Source: Planctomycetota bacterium (lineage in GTDB: Bacteria > Planctomycetota > UBA11346). From it: a stretch of 36,605 nt of DNA. The stretch spans positions 1-36,605 of the forward strand of contig JBBQSO010000053.1 of the NCBI GenBank assembly GCA_038213805.1, read 5' to 3'. Made by a program: the position numbers and the translations under genes. The notes under the pieces were generated by a model. That model saw only the letters and a program-made list of their open reading frames with translations. It ran no database searches and had not been told where the DNA came from. This document shows positions 10,192 through 25,171 of this stretch, in pieces. Numbering within the stretch: position 1 is the first letter of the stretch; each line of letters starts with the position of its first letter.

Positions 10192-12471
10192 GTGGCCAGC
10201 CACCTGCGTCAGCCCGCCGCCCTCGCCCTGCTGCTGTGGATTTGCAGCGCCGCCGGCGCGGTCCTGACCGCGGCGGAGCCACCCGGAACGCTGGTGCTAC
10301 CGCTGCCGGTCGCCGGGGCCGGCGACCGGCGGGCAGCCGACATCGACCACGCCCTGATCGCGCTCAGCGCCGGCGACACCGGCCCGCTCGACGCGCTTGC
10401 CGACGAAGAGTTCAGCGCCCCGCTCGCGCTACCCGACAAGGATCATCCCGAGCTGGCGCGGCGCTGGACGTTGGCGCTGCCGGTCGCGGTCGCCCGGCTG
10501 GCGGCGCCGGCGCGCGAGCACGTGCTTTCCAACCTCGACGCGCGCTTCGCCTCGGCCCTGCCGGCGCACGCCGACGAGGAGGCGCGTGCGCGCGTCGCCG
10601 CGCGCTTCCTGCCCGCGCCGGCGGCAGTGCGCGCGCTTGGCGTCCGCGCCGACCGCGCCTTCGATCTCGGGCGCTTCGACGAATTCCTTGGCATCGCGCG
10701 GCTGCGCGACCTGGCCGGCGGCGGTCTGGGTGACGACCAGCGGCGCGACGCGGTCGCAGCCACGCTCAGCGGTCGCGGCCCGGACGTCGACGAGGGTCTG
10801 CGCCTACAGACGCCCGGCCTGCCGCGACCGACCTCCGCGCTGCCCCTGCCCGGGGCCGGTGGGCTGTCGGTCGCCTGGACGGTGCTGCCCGGTTGGGTGC
10901 TGGCATGCGATCCGTGGGGAGGCGTGCTGTGGCAGTTCCGCACCGAGCGCGCCGCCCAGGTGCTGACCGGGCCGGGCGCGGCACTGGTGCGCGACTCCCA
11001 GGGCGTGCGTGCGCTGGACGAGGGCGGCGCGGTGCGCGAGCTGCCGGCGCTGCCACCGGGCGCGCGGGTGTGGAGCGTGGCCGGCGGTGCCGCGTGGTTT
11101 TCGACCGGGACGCAGGCCTGGCGCCTCGACCTCATTGGCCGCGGGGTGGCGCGCCTCGATCTCGCCGGCGAGCCCCTGGCTGCGCCCTTGGTGCGCGGCG
11201 ACGAGAGCCTGTGGCTGACCGCACGCGAGGTGGCGCTGTTCGCCCACGACCGGCCCGTGCAGCGGCTGCGCCACGGCCTGCCGGCCGGTGCGGGCTGGTG
11301 CCTCGGCGCCGACCGCACGCATCCGCTGGTGATCGCCCCCGATGGCCAGCGCTGGCGCCTGGAATCACTGGCCGAACAGCTCGCTGCGGGCACACCGATG
11401 GCACGCGCGCGGCTGCTGCTCGCCGCGGGGCGTCCTGAGGAGGCGCTAGTCGCGCTGGCGGGAGTCGCGAAGGATGCGGACAGCGATGCCATGCGCCTAC
11501 GCGCGCACCTCGCGCGCGGCAGCCGCCACGCCGCGGAGCGTGCGGACGAGCTGCTCGCCCTGGCCGCGACGCCGCAGCAGCGGGCCACGGTGCATCAGGC
11601 CGTGCTGGCTGGCCTCGACGCCGCCGACCTTGGGCGGCGCGCGACCGAGGAGCAGGCCGTGGCCGCCCTCGGCGACGCCCACGGCCAGGTGCTGCTCGCC
11701 GGTCCCGGTGCGACCGTCGACTGGTCCGATGATCCGCGCGGGTGGGCGCATGTCCTGACCGGCGCTGGAGCACGCAGCGCGCGCACTGGTCCCAGCAGCA
11801 CTGCGCTCTTCGCGCGGCCGGCGCACACTTGGTCGCGGATCGCCGCCACGCCTACCGCGCTTGCCGATGCCGCTGCGAGCGGCACCGACGGCGAGCGCCG
11901 CCAGGACGATGGCGGCTACGCCTACCGCGGGCAGGTGGTGCACCTGGCCTCGGGCATCGCGCGCAAGGAGGTGCAGGTCCACGCTCCCGACGGCACGCTG
12001 CGCTGGTGGCGACGCTGGGATGCGCTGTCCGGTCTGCAGGCGCCTGGCGTCGCGTTGGTGCTGCGTGACGACGCGGTCATCGTCCTCGAGGGCCAGGCGC
12101 GCCTGACCGCGCTCGACCTCGCCACGGGCGCGACTCTTGCCCAGCTCGACCTGCCTGCTGGAGTAGAGCTGCCAGGCGAGATCACGGTGCTTGGGCACGA
12201 CCACATCGCCGTGCTTGGTCCGCTCGGCCTCAATCGTCGGCTAGATCTCGTCACTGCCGGTGGCTACCGCAGCATCGCCCTGCCCAGCCCGGCGCGCTGG
12301 CTGGTCGCCTGGGGCGGTGGTGCGTTGGTCTATGGCGAGGATGGGGTGGCGCGCAGCTTCCCCAGCGGCGCGACCATCGCGCTACCCGCGCCACTGGCCA
12401 CTGTCGCCGCGCCACTGCTGAGCGAGGCGGGACTGCGCAGCGGGTCGCTGCTGTTCCCATGGGACAAGTAA
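10192..12471 (+). CDS. Large exported hypothetical protein, probable degenerate PQQ/BamB-like beta-propellers with helical segments
   Basis: 759-aa ORF with signal-peptide-like N-terminus, GC3-rich codons, blade-like motifs (LACDPWGGVLWQF, DGTLRWW, LTALDLATG). Confidence 0.7.
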   Translation: MASHLRQPAALALLLWICSAAGAVLTAAEPPGTLVLPLPVAGAGDRRAADIDHALIALSAGDTGPLDALADEEFSAPLALPDKDHPELARRWTLALPVAVARLAAPAREHVLSNLDARFASALPAHADEEARARVAARFLPAPAAVRALGVRADRAFDLGRFDEFLGIARLRDLAGGGLGDDQRRDAVAATLSGRGPDVDEGLRLQTPGLPRPTSALPLPGAGGLSVAWTVLPGWVLACDPWGGVLWQFRTERAAQVLTGPGAALVRDSQGVRALDEGGAVRELPALPPGARVWSVAGGAAWFSTGTQAWRLDLIGRGVARLDLAGEPLAAPLVRGDESLWLTAREVALFAHDRPVQRLRHGLPAGAGWCLGADRTHPLVIAPDGQRWRLESLAEQLAAGTPMARARLLLAAGRPEEALVALAGVAKDADSDAMRLRAHLARGSRHAAERADELLALAATPQQRATVHQAVLAGLDAADLGRRATEEQAVAALGDAHGQVLLAGPGATVDWSDDPRGWAHVLTGAGARSARTGPSSTALFARPAHTWSRIAATPTALADAAASGTDGERRQDDGGYAYRGQVVHLASGIARKEVQVHAPDGTLRWWRRWDALSGLQAPGVALVLRDDAVIVLEGQARLTALDLATGATLAQLDLPAGVELPGEITVLGHDHIAVLGPLGLNRRLDLVTAGGYRSIALPSPARWLVAWGGGALVYGEDGVARSFPSGATIALPAPLATVAAPLLSEAGLRSGSLLFPWDK

Positions 12472-12594
12472 GCTTCAGCGAGAAGAGCGGCCCGTGATCC
12501 TGCCGAGGGTGCCCGGACGTGAAGGCTGAATCCGCCACCTTCTGGTGCCATCATGCCGACCCGTGCGGCCAAGCCGCAGCATGCTGGAGCAACC

Positions 12595-13371
12595 ATGCCC
12601 GATCCCCTGCCCACGCTCTTCCTCTCCCATGGTGCACCATCGCTCGAGCTCGAAGACGTGCCCGCGCGCACCTTCCTGCGCACCCTCGCCAACGCGCTGC
12701 CGCGGCCGTGCGCGCTGGTGGTGGCGTCGGCGCACTGGACCACCGCCGCCCCCGAGGTCGAGGCGTCGGTGCATCCGGAGACCATCCATGACTTCTCAGG
12801 CTTCCCGCCGGAACTCTATCGCCTGCGCTACCCCGCGCCCGGCGATCCGGCACTGGCTGCGCGGATCCGCGATCTGCTGACCACGGCCGGCTTCAGCGCA
12901 CGCACCGCAGAGCGCGGCTTTGACCACGGCGTGTGGGTACCACTGCGCCTGGCCTATCCAGCCGCCGACATCCCGGTGGTCGCGGTGTCGCTGCAGCCGC
13001 AACTCGGCGCCGCCCACCACCTGGCTCTCGGCCGCGCCCTTGAGCCGCTGCGCCACGCGGGCGTGCTGGTCATCGGCAGCGGCAGCGCGACGCACAACCT
13101 GCGCGAACTGCGCTGGGGCGGAGCCGCGCAGACCCCTGCGTGGGTCAGCGCCTTCGACGAGTGGCTGGACAAAGCCGCCACTCACGGCGATCACGCCACC
13201 CTGGTCGACTGGGCTGCGGCGCCCGACGCGCTACGCAACCATCCCAGCGCCGAGCACTTCCTGCCGCTGCTGGTCGCCCTCGGCGCCGCCGGACCGGGCG
13301 CGCGCGGGCGCAGCCTGCACCGCAGCATGACCTACGGGGTGTTGAGCATGGGGGCGTACGTGTTTGGGTGA
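12595..13371 (+). CDS. Class III extradiol ring-cleavage dioxygenase (LigB / DODA / YgiD family)
   Basis: LFLSHGAP, SAHW, TIHDFSGFP, GFDHGVWVPL, GSGSATHNL, HPSAEHFLPL. GGAG RBS before ATG 12595. Confidence 0.95.
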   Translation: MPDPLPTLFLSHGAPSLELEDVPARTFLRTLANALPRPCALVVASAHWTTAAPEVEASVHPETIHDFSGFPPELYRLRYPAPGDPALAARIRDLLTTAGFSARTAERGFDHGVWVPLRLAYPAADIPVVAVSLQPQLGAAHHLALGRALEPLRHAGVLVIGSGSATHNLRELRWGGAAQTPAWVSAFDEWLDKAATHGDHATLVDWAAAPDALRNHPSAEHFLPLLVALGAAGPGARGRSLHRSMTYGVLSMGAYVFG

Positions 13372-13387
13372 GGTGCGGCTGCTGCCG

Positions 13388-14257
13388 TCACCGCGCCTGC
13401 GCCGCCACTGGCAGCAACGCCGCCAGATCCTGCGCGATCAGCCCCACCGGCCCATGCCGCTTGGTCCACAGATCGCCCGCCAATCCGTGCAGATGCGTGC
13501 CCAACCACGCCGCCGCGAAGGCCTCCATGCCCTGCGCCATCAGACCCGCGATGGCGCCGCCGAGAACGTCGCCGCTGCCGGGGATGGCGAGGGCCGGGCC
13601 GCCGGTGCGGTTGAAGGCGCGGCGCGTGCCGTCGCTGATCACGGTGCCGGCACCCTTGAGCACGACCACGGCGGCGAAGCGCTGCGCAAGGGCGAGCGCG
13701 GCCGCGCCGCGCTCTGCAGCCGCGAGCGGGTCGGCGGCGAGCGCGCAGGCGGCCGTCAGGCGCGCGGCTTCGCCCGGGTGCGGGGTGAGGACGGTGGTGG
13801 CGCGCCGCGGCGGCAGCTTGGCGGCGAGTTCGGCGAGCAGCGTCAGCCCATCGCCGTCGATGAGCAGGCGCTGCGGCCCAGCCCACAACGCGCGCAGCAG
13901 CTCTGCACGGGCGGGGACCGCGCCCAGGCCGGGACCAACCACCACCACCGCGTGCGGATCAAGGGCTGCGACGAAAGCGGCGCCGGCGCGGTCGGGCAGC
14001 TCGAGACCGATCGCGGATGGCACCAGCGACAGCGCCGGCAGCAGCAGCGCAGATGGAACCGCCAGACGCACCAGTCCGGCGCCGCTGCGCAGCGCGCCGA
14101 GCGCGCAGAAGCACGGCGCGCCGAGCATGGTCGCACACCCGCCGATCACCACCACGGTGCCGAAGGTGCCCTTGTGGCCATCCTTGGGGCGGTGCGGCAG
14201 GGCGGGCAGCGGCGGCGCGGTGACGGTCGAGCGGGTGGTGCGTGACGGCATGGTCAT
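13388..14257 (-). CDS. nnrD: ADP-dependent NAD(P)H-hydrate dehydratase
   Basis: HKGTFG, ALRSGAGLV, GPGLG, DGDGL, LTPHPGE, VLKG, GSGDVLGG motifs (YjeF C-terminal domain only). Start is 14257 or 14251. Confidence 0.93.
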   Translation of the reverse strand: MTMPSRTTRSTVTAPPLPALPHRPKDGHKGTFGTVVVIGGCATMLGAPCFCALGALRSGAGLVRLAVPSALLLPALSLVPSAIGLELPDRAGAAFVAALDPHAVVVVGPGLGAVPARAELLRALWAGPQRLLIDGDGLTLLAELAAKLPPRRATTVLTPHPGEAARLTAACALAADPLAAAERGAAALALAQRFAAVVVLKGAGTVISDGTRRAFNRTGGPALAIPGSGDVLGGAIAGLMAQGMEAFAAAWLGTHLHGLAGDLWTKRHGPVGLIAQDLAALLPVAAQAR

Positions 14258-14369
14258 GGCGGCAATACCACAGTGATGATGGCAATAGGCCGGGACGCGG
14301 AAGGGGTGGTTGCGAGCATGGTGGTAAGCGGAAGCATGGCCAGAAGCCCGTGCAGGAGGTTGGGCGACC

Positions 14370-15398
14370 ATGCGCGAGGCCGCAGCCGGTGATCCGCGCG
14401 CATGCTACCCGCTCCGCCCGGATGCGGTCGGCGCCCCCTTCGCGCCGGCGCGCTGGCTGCCCGGCGCGCATCTGCAGACTATCTGGCCGGCCCTGCTCCG
14501 CAGGGTTTCAGCCGTCGCCGCGCGGCGCGAAGCCCTCGAACTGCCAGACGGTGACGTCACCGATCTGGACTGGGTCGGCGCCGCGCATGGGCCGATCGTC
14601 ATCGTCCTGCCGGGCCTCCAGGGCGGTCTCGGTTCGCCGTACGTGCGCGGGCTGCTGCACGCGCTGGCCGCGCAGGGGCGACGAGCGGTGCTGCTCAACC
14701 ACCGCGGTTGCGGCGGCACGCCGAACCGCTTGGCGCGCAGCTACCATTCCGGCTGGACCGCCGACCTGGACTTCCTGGTCGCGCGCCTGCGCCCACAGGC
14801 CGTGCCGCTGGCGGCGATCGGCGTTTCGATCGGCGGCAACATCCTGCTCAAATGGCTGGGCGAAAGCGGCACGGTTGCGCTGACCGCGGCCTGCGCGGTG
14901 TCGGTGCCCTGCGATCTGGCCGGCTCGGCGCGCGCACTGGATCGCGGCTTCGCCCAAGCCTATCAATGGCATCTGGTGCGCAGCCTGCGCCACGATGTCG
15001 CGCGCAAGCTCGCCAGCGGTGACCTCGGGATCGGCCTGGACGCGTGCATCCTTGCAGGTCTCGACACCTTCCGCCGCTTCGACGACCGGGTCACCGCGCC
15101 GCTGCACGGCTTCGCCGGCGTCGACGACTATTATGGACAGGCCAGCAGCCTGCCGTGGTTGCCCCGCATCGCTGTACCGACGCTGCTGCTTGCCGCCTGC
15201 AATGATCCGTTCCTCTCCGCGTCGTGCTTCCCCACCCCGCAGATGCTCTCCCCCGCGATCCAGTGGGAACCCACCGCCACTGGGGGACATGCCGGATTCA
15301 TCACCGGTCCGCATTCCGCCCCACGTTCGTGGCTTGAACAGCGCGTCTGCGACTTCCTCGATCAGACCCTGGGCCCGACTGAGGGCGCTCGGCGATAG
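14370..15398 (+). CDS. YheT-like alpha/beta hydrolase
   Basis: HLQTIW, LPDGD..LDW, RGCGG..YHSG, nucleophile GVSIGG, FDDRVTAPLHGF, NDPF, GGHAGF. Confidence 0.9.
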   Translation: MREAAAGDPRACYPLRPDAVGAPFAPARWLPGAHLQTIWPALLRRVSAVAARREALELPDGDVTDLDWVGAAHGPIVIVLPGLQGGLGSPYVRGLLHALAAQGRRAVLLNHRGCGGTPNRLARSYHSGWTADLDFLVARLRPQAVPLAAIGVSIGGNILLKWLGESGTVALTAACAVSVPCDLAGSARALDRGFAQAYQWHLVRSLRHDVARKLASGDLGIGLDACILAGLDTFRRFDDRVTAPLHGFAGVDDYYGQASSLPWLPRIAVPTLLLAACNDPFLSASCFPTPQMLSPAIQWEPTATGGHAGFITGPHSAPRSWLEQRVCDFLDQTLGPTEGARR

Positions 15399-15568
15399 CG
15401 GTGACACCCCACTCCCCAGGCCTCTGCTCTGCCGCAGGGCGCACTCCGTCCCCTGCCTGGGGCCGAGACGCGCACCGCCTCTTCTGAACCCCCCACCCCC
15501 GCCCAAACCACCACGCCCCGCTGGACGATCCGCGATCACCGTCGAAGGTACCCGCCCAGGAGCCAACG

Positions 15569-16681
15569 TTGACCACCACCCCCGCCCCCGTCCGGCTCGG
15601 CATCATCGGCAGCGGCGAGATCGCGAAATCGCACGTCGCCTGCTACCGCAGCATGCCCGGTGTCACGGTGGTGGCGATCGCCAGCCCCACGCCCGGCCAC
15701 GCGGCGGCGCTGGCTGGCGAGCACGGCGTCGCACATGCGTACACGGATGTCGCCGACATGCTGCGCCGCGACGATATCGACGCGGTCGACGTGTGCGTGC
15801 ACAACAACCTGCACCGCGCGGCCACGGAAGCGGCGCTGGCCGCGGGCAAGCACGTCTACTGCGAGAAACCGCTGGCCGGTTCCTACGCCGACGCGCTGGC
15901 CATGCACCAGGCGGCGCAGCGCGCCGGACGCATGCTGCACGTGCAGCTCGCCACGCTGTTCTCCGGCGAGGTGCGCGCGGCGCGCGAACTGGTCGAGGCT
16001 GGCGGCATCGGCACCCCCTACCACGCGCGCTGCACCGGCTTTCGGCGTCGCGGCCGCCCCTTTGTCGACGGCCACGGCAACGCCGCCTTCGTGCAGAAGC
16101 GCATGGCCGGCGGCGGTGCGCTCTACGACATGGGCGTCTACCACCTCACCGAGATGCTGCACGTGCTTGGCAATCCCAAGGTGCTGCGCATCAGCGGCCA
16201 AGTCTACCAGCAGCTGCCGATGGACGAGGCGCGGCGCGCGCAGTCGGGCTACGATGTCGAAGAGCTGGCGGTCGGGCTGGTGCGTTGCGCCGCCGGGCTG
16301 ACCATCGACCTGATCGAGGCCTGGGCGCTCGACCTCGACACGCTGGAGGGCTCGAGCGTGGCCGGCACGCTCGGCGGCCTGCGGCTGCGTCCATTCGCGC
16401 ACTTCCGCAGCGCCGGCCATCTCGCACTCGATGCCAAGGCCGATCTCGGTCTAGCGCAGTTCCGCTGGGAGCGCGTGCGCGGCGACCACCCTGGGCTGAG
16501 CGATACCCACCGGCACTGGATCGCCGCGCTGCGCGGCGCGATCACGCCCCTGCCGACAGCCGAGCTAGCGCTGAACGCGATGCTGATCAGCGAAGGCATC
16601 TACCTGTCGGCGGCGCGCGGCCACGAGGTCTCCGCCGACGAGGTGCGCGCCGCCTCGCGTTCCACCGCCCTGCCCCTGTGA
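15569..16681 (+). CDS. Gfo/Idh/MocA family oxidoreductase
   Basis: [34 protein letters not shown] start with AGGAG RBS. Confidence 0.92.
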   Translation: MTTTPAPVRLGIIGSGEIAKSHVACYRSMPGVTVVAIASPTPGHAAALAGEHGVAHAYTDVADMLRRDDIDAVDVCVHNNLHRAATEAALAAGKHVYCEKPLAGSYADALAMHQAAQRAGRMLHVQLATLFSGEVRAARELVEAGGIGTPYHARCTGFRRRGRPFVDGHGNAAFVQKRMAGGGALYDMGVYHLTEMLHVLGNPKVLRISGQVYQQLPMDEARRAQSGYDVEELAVGLVRCAAGLTIDLIEAWALDLDTLEGSSVAGTLGGLRLRPFAHFRSAGHLALDAKADLGLAQFRWERVRGDHPGLSDTHRHWIAALRGAITPLPTAELALNAMLISEGIYLSAARGHEVSADEVRAASRSTALPL

Positions 16682-16691
16682 GGACCAGCCG

Positions 16692-17984
16692 ATGAGCGAC
16701 CCTGCAGCCCCCGGCGCCAACCGGCCATCGCGCGCCTATCTCTACGTGCTGGTCGGCGTGGTCGCGGGCGTGGCGATCGGCTACTTCTGGCCGCACCTCG
16801 GCGCGCAGCTCAAGCCGGTCTCGGACGCCTTCATCGGTCTGGTCAAGATGATGATCGCGCCAGTGATCTTCTGCACCGTGGTGCTGGGCATCGCCGGGAT
16901 GTCCGATCTGCGCAAACTGGGGCGCGTCGGCGGCAAGGCGCTGCTCTATTTCGAGGTGGTGTCGACCCTGGCGCTGCTCATCGGCCTGGTGGTGGCCACC
17001 GTCCTGCAGCCGGGCGCCGGGGTCCATGCCGACCCGGCCAAACTCGACGTCAAGAGCGTCGCGGACTACGCGCAGCGGGCGCACGAGCTGTCTTTCAAGG
17101 ACTACCTGCTGCACCTCATCCCGAAGACCTTCATCGAGCCGTTCGCGAGCAGCGGCGACCTGCTCCAGGTATTGCTCGTCGCCATCCTCTTCGGCATCGC
17201 CCTTGCGGCGCTCGGCCCGCGCGGCCAGCCGCTGCAGGAGACCCTGGGCATCGCCAACCGCGCGCTGTTCGGGGTGGTCGGCATGATCATGAAGCTGGCA
17301 CCGCTGGGCGCCGGCGCGGCGATGGCTTTCACGGTCGGCAATTACGGCGTCGAGGCGCTCAAGTCCCTGGCCGTGCTGGTCGGCATCTTCTACCTGACCT
17401 GCGCGATCTTCGTGGTGGTGGTGCTGGGCGCGGTCGCACGCGTGGTCGGCTTCAGCGTCCTGCGCTTCATCGTCTACATCAAGGACGAGATCCTGACCGT
17501 GCTCGGCACCTCGTCTTCGGAATCCGCACTGGTGCCGCTGATGGGCAAACTCGAGACCCTCGGCTGCCCGCAGAGCGTGGTCGGCGTGGTGGTGCCCGCG
17601 GGCTACTCGTTCAACCTCGACGGCACCAACATCTATATGACCCTGGCCACGCTGTTCGTCGCGCAGGCGCTCGAGATCCATCTCGATCTCGGCCAGCAGC
17701 TGACCATCATCGGCGTGGCCATGCTCACCAGCAAGGGCGCCTCCGGGGTCACGGGGGCGGGCTTCGTCACGCTGTCGGCGACGCTCGCCGTGGTGCCGGG
17801 CATCCCGGTCGAAGGCCTGGCGCTGATCCTGGGCGTCGACCGCTTCATGAGCGAGGCGCGCGCCGTCACCAACTTCATCGGCAACGGCGTGGCGACCCTG
17901 GCGATGGCGCACTGGGAGGGCGAACTCGATGTGCCACGCCTGCGCGTACTGCTTGCCCGCAGTCCCGGGACGCCCACCCCGTGA
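16692..17984 (+). CDS. dctA: C4-dicarboxylate:cation symporter (DAACS family)
   Basis: [58 protein letters not shown]. Confidence 0.95.
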   Translation: MSDPAAPGANRPSRAYLYVLVGVVAGVAIGYFWPHLGAQLKPVSDAFIGLVKMMIAPVIFCTVVLGIAGMSDLRKLGRVGGKALLYFEVVSTLALLIGLVVATVLQPGAGVHADPAKLDVKSVADYAQRAHELSFKDYLLHLIPKTFIEPFASSGDLLQVLLVAILFGIALAALGPRGQPLQETLGIANRALFGVVGMIMKLAPLGAGAAMAFTVGNYGVEALKSLAVLVGIFYLTCAIFVVVVLGAVARVVGFSVLRFIVYIKDEILTVLGTSSSESALVPLMGKLETLGCPQSVVGVVVPAGYSFNLDGTNIYMTLATLFVAQALEIHLDLGQQLTIIGVAMLTSKGASGVTGAGFVTLSATLAVVPGIPVEGLALILGVDRFMSEARAVTNFIGNGVATLAMAHWEGELDVPRLRVLLARSPGTPTP

Positions 17985-18100
17985 CCAGCGGCCAGATCAG
18001 CGCAGTTCGCCCACCGCGCACGGCGCCACCCGGCAAATAGACAACCTCGCGGCCACTCCTATGGTACGCTCACCGGCCTGCGCCCCGAGGGAACCGACGC

Positions 18101-20278
18101 GTGTCCAACCAACCCTTCGCCACTGCCGATTTCCAGTGCCGCGTCGCCACCCTGGTCTTCACCGACCTCGAAGCCTCGACCGAGCGCAAGCGCCTGCTCG
18201 GCGACCGCGCGGCGGCCCAGCTCATCGCCCGCCACCAGCACCTGGTGCGCAGCCTGCTCGGCGCGCACGGCGGCGAGGAGATCGACAACGCCGGCGACGG
18301 CTTCTTCCTGATCTTCGCGGTGCCGAGCGCGGCGGTGCGCTTCGCGCTGGCCCTGCAGACCGCGCACGCCACCCAGGCGGATCTGCCCAAGGTGCGCATC
18401 GGCATCCACCTCGGCGAGGTCTGCACCTCGCCGATGCCGGCCGGGGCGAGCAAGCGCATGAACGTCACCGGCCTGTCGGTCGACGTCGCCGCGCGCATCC
18501 AGTCGCTGGCGTATCCCGGTCAGGTGCTGGTCTCGGACGTGGTGCACCGCAACGCGCGCCAGCAGCTTGGTGCCACCGCGCAGGAGATCTGGCGTGAGTA
18601 TGGCGCCTACGCCTTCAAGGGCCTCGACCATCTGCTGCACGACATCGTCGAGGTCGGCATGGAAGGGATGTCGCCGCTGCGCGCGCCTGAAGATAGCGAA
18701 AAGGCGCGCCGCGCCGAGGCCATCGGCCCCTACCGCCTGCTGCGCAAGCTTGGCGAAGGCGGACGCGGCATCGTCTACCAGGCGACCACCGCGCGCGGCG
18801 AGATCTGCGCGCTGAAAATCCTCCACCCGCGCCTGGCGGCGGATCCGGTGCAGGCGGCGCTGTTCCGCCGCCAGATCGCCTTCAGCGTCGCGCTGCGCCA
18901 CCCGCGCATCGTCAAGATCCACGTCGGCGGCGAGTCGGACGGGCATTTGTGGCTGGCCGGAGACTACCTGCCCGGCGGCAGTCTGGAGGAGCTGCTCGCC
19001 GCGCGCGGCACGCTCGACGCCGAGGGCGCCTGGGGCGTGCTGATCGACACCCTCGAGGCGCTGGTTGCGCTCGAGGCGGCGTTGCTGGTGCACCGCGACC
19101 TCAAGCCGGCGGCGCTGCTGCGCGGCGGCGATGGGCGCTGGCAGGTCTCGGACTTCGGACGCGCGCGCAGCGTGCTGCCCATCGGCGTGCCGCGCACCGT
19201 CGACGGCAGCGAGGCGCAGTCGCCCTATGTCGCCCCCGAGCGGCGCTTCGACGACACCGGCGCGGACATCCGCGGGGACTTCTATGCGCTGGGCGCGATC
19301 GTGCAGCGCTGCCTGGGCGTCGCGCCCGGGGCCAAGACCCTGCCGCCCGGCCTGGGCAGCGCCGCGGCGCGGCTGGTGGCGGACATGATGGCGGAGGATC
19401 CGCAGCAGCGACCGGCCAGCGCCGGCGCCGCCCTCGCGCAAGCGCTGGCCGCGGCGCAGGGCGGAGTCGCGGCGCTGGGGACGTCGGCGCCGACCGCGAT
19501 AGAGCCCGGACTGAGCTCACTCTCCGGCCGCGGCACCATCGATGGCAGCGTCACCCTGGTACCGCGCGACTACCGTGTGCGCCCGGTGGGCCGCCCGGGG
19601 CTGGGCCGCGCGAAGCTGGTGGTGATCCCCGACGATCCCTCGGCCAGTCTCGCGCTCGAGACCATCTTCGTCTACGCCGCCGAGAGCCTGGTGCTGGGCC
19701 GCAAGAATCTCGACCACCCCGGCCAGGACGTGTGTCTGCGCCTGCGCCCGGCGGACGCGCACAAGGACGCCAACCTGCGCATCTCCGGGCAGCACCTGCG
19801 CCTCGCCAGCGGCGCCGACGGCGCCCGCGCCACGGCCCTGGCCGGTCAGTTGACGGTCGATGACCGCAACGTCGAGACCGGCCACGCCACCACTCTGCCG
19901 CTGATCGCACGCCTGCGCGTGGCCCAGGTGCTGGACCTGACCGTGCGCCAGATCGCCTGGCACGGACCGGGGCCGCTGTTGGATGGCCAGCCCTGTGACA
20001 CCCGGCCGCCGGCGTTGTGGATCAGCCGGCCGACCAACGGCTCCGACCAGTCCTACCTGCTGGTGCCGGGCGCAGTGGCGCTGTCCTGCGCCCCGGGTGG
20101 CGCGCTGGTCGCGGGCGAAGGTGGCAGCCTGATGCTGCTGCAGCGTGGCGGCGTGCTGCACCTCGCCGGCGAGGGCCAGCCGGCAGGGACGGCGGTGCCG
20201 CTCCACGACGGCCTCGCCCTGCGCCTGCCGCGCGCGCGCCTGCTGGTGAGCGCGCTCACCGCCGAAGACCAGAAGTGA
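18101..20278 (+). CDS. Class III nucleotide cyclase - degenerate Ser/Thr kinase - FHA-like multidomain protein
   Basis: Cyclase FTDLEAST, AGDGF, RIGIHLGE, AARI; kinase LGEGGRG, ALK, HRDLKP, DFG, APE; FHA-like LVLGR..ISGQHL. Confidence 0.85.
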   Translation: MSNQPFATADFQCRVATLVFTDLEASTERKRLLGDRAAAQLIARHQHLVRSLLGAHGGEEIDNAGDGFFLIFAVPSAAVRFALALQTAHATQADLPKVRIGIHLGEVCTSPMPAGASKRMNVTGLSVDVAARIQSLAYPGQVLVSDVVHRNARQQLGATAQEIWREYGAYAFKGLDHLLHDIVEVGMEGMSPLRAPEDSEKARRAEAIGPYRLLRKLGEGGRGIVYQATTARGEICALKILHPRLAADPVQAALFRRQIAFSVALRHPRIVKIHVGGESDGHLWLAGDYLPGGSLEELLAARGTLDAEGAWGVLIDTLEALVALEAALLVHRDLKPAALLRGGDGRWQVSDFGRARSVLPIGVPRTVDGSEAQSPYVAPERRFDDTGADIRGDFYALGAIVQRCLGVAPGAKTLPPGLGSAAARLVADMMAEDPQQRPASAGAALAQALAAAQGGVAALGTSAPTAIEPGLSSLSGRGTIDGSVTLVPRDYRVRPVGRPGLGRAKLVVIPDDPSASLALETIFVYAAESLVLGRKNLDHPGQDVCLRLRPADAHKDANLRISGQHLRLASGADGARATALAGQLTVDDRNVETGHATTLPLIARLRVAQVLDLTVRQIAWHGPGPLLDGQPCDTRPPALWISRPTNGSDQSYLLVPGAVALSCAPGGALVAGEGGSLMLLQRGGVLHLAGEGQPAGTAVPLHDGLALRLPRARLLVSALTAEDQK

Positions 20279-20284
20279 CCACTC

Positions 20285-24736
<4,452 letters not shown>

Positions 24737-24740
24737 CGGC

Positions 24741-25097
24741 TCAGCCGTTGCGGCGTCGCCGCAACCAGGCGCCGCCGGCGGCAGCGAGCACTCCGCCGAG
24801 CAGGGCGAGGGCGCCGAGCAGCGGCCACAGCGGATGCCAGACGCCCTCGTCACCGATGACCAGGAACCAGCCGGTGCAGAACACCAGCGCCGGCGCACCG
24901 GCGTAGAGACTGGTCAGCCACCAGGTGCGCGTGAACGTCCAGCCGCCGAGGAACGCCATCGCCGCGATCACCGCCAGCGGCCACGGTACCCGTCCCGCGA
25001 GCAGCGGCGGCGACGACAACAGGCAGAGCAGCAGCAACCACACGCCGGCACCGAGGCCGACCAGGCTGCACAATACGGCGATCAGTGCGCGGGGCAT
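24741..25097 (-). CDS. Small membrane hypothetical protein (about 4 TM)
   Basis: Strongly hydrophobic 118-aa ORF starting MPRALIAVL; fills the gap between convergent genes. Confidence 0.7.
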   Translation of the reverse strand: MPRALIAVLCSLVGLGAGVWLLLLCLLSSPPLLAGRVPWPLAVIAAMAFLGGWTFTRTWWLTSLYAGAPALVFCTGWFLVIGDEGVWHPLWPLLGALALLGGVLAAAGGAWLRRRRNG

Positions 25098-25171
25098 GGG
25101 CGGATTGGAAGCGCTGAACCAGACGAGGGAAGCGCGCTCCGCGGTCCGCGGAGCGCGCAGCAGCCCACCGC

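Noticed and set aside
18101..20278. Pycsar/CBASS-type antiphage system
   Set aside because: No cyclic-nucleotide-binding, TIR or CBASS-type effector gene is adjacent, and the context is not a defence island. It cannot be fully excluded if an effector lies elsewhere.
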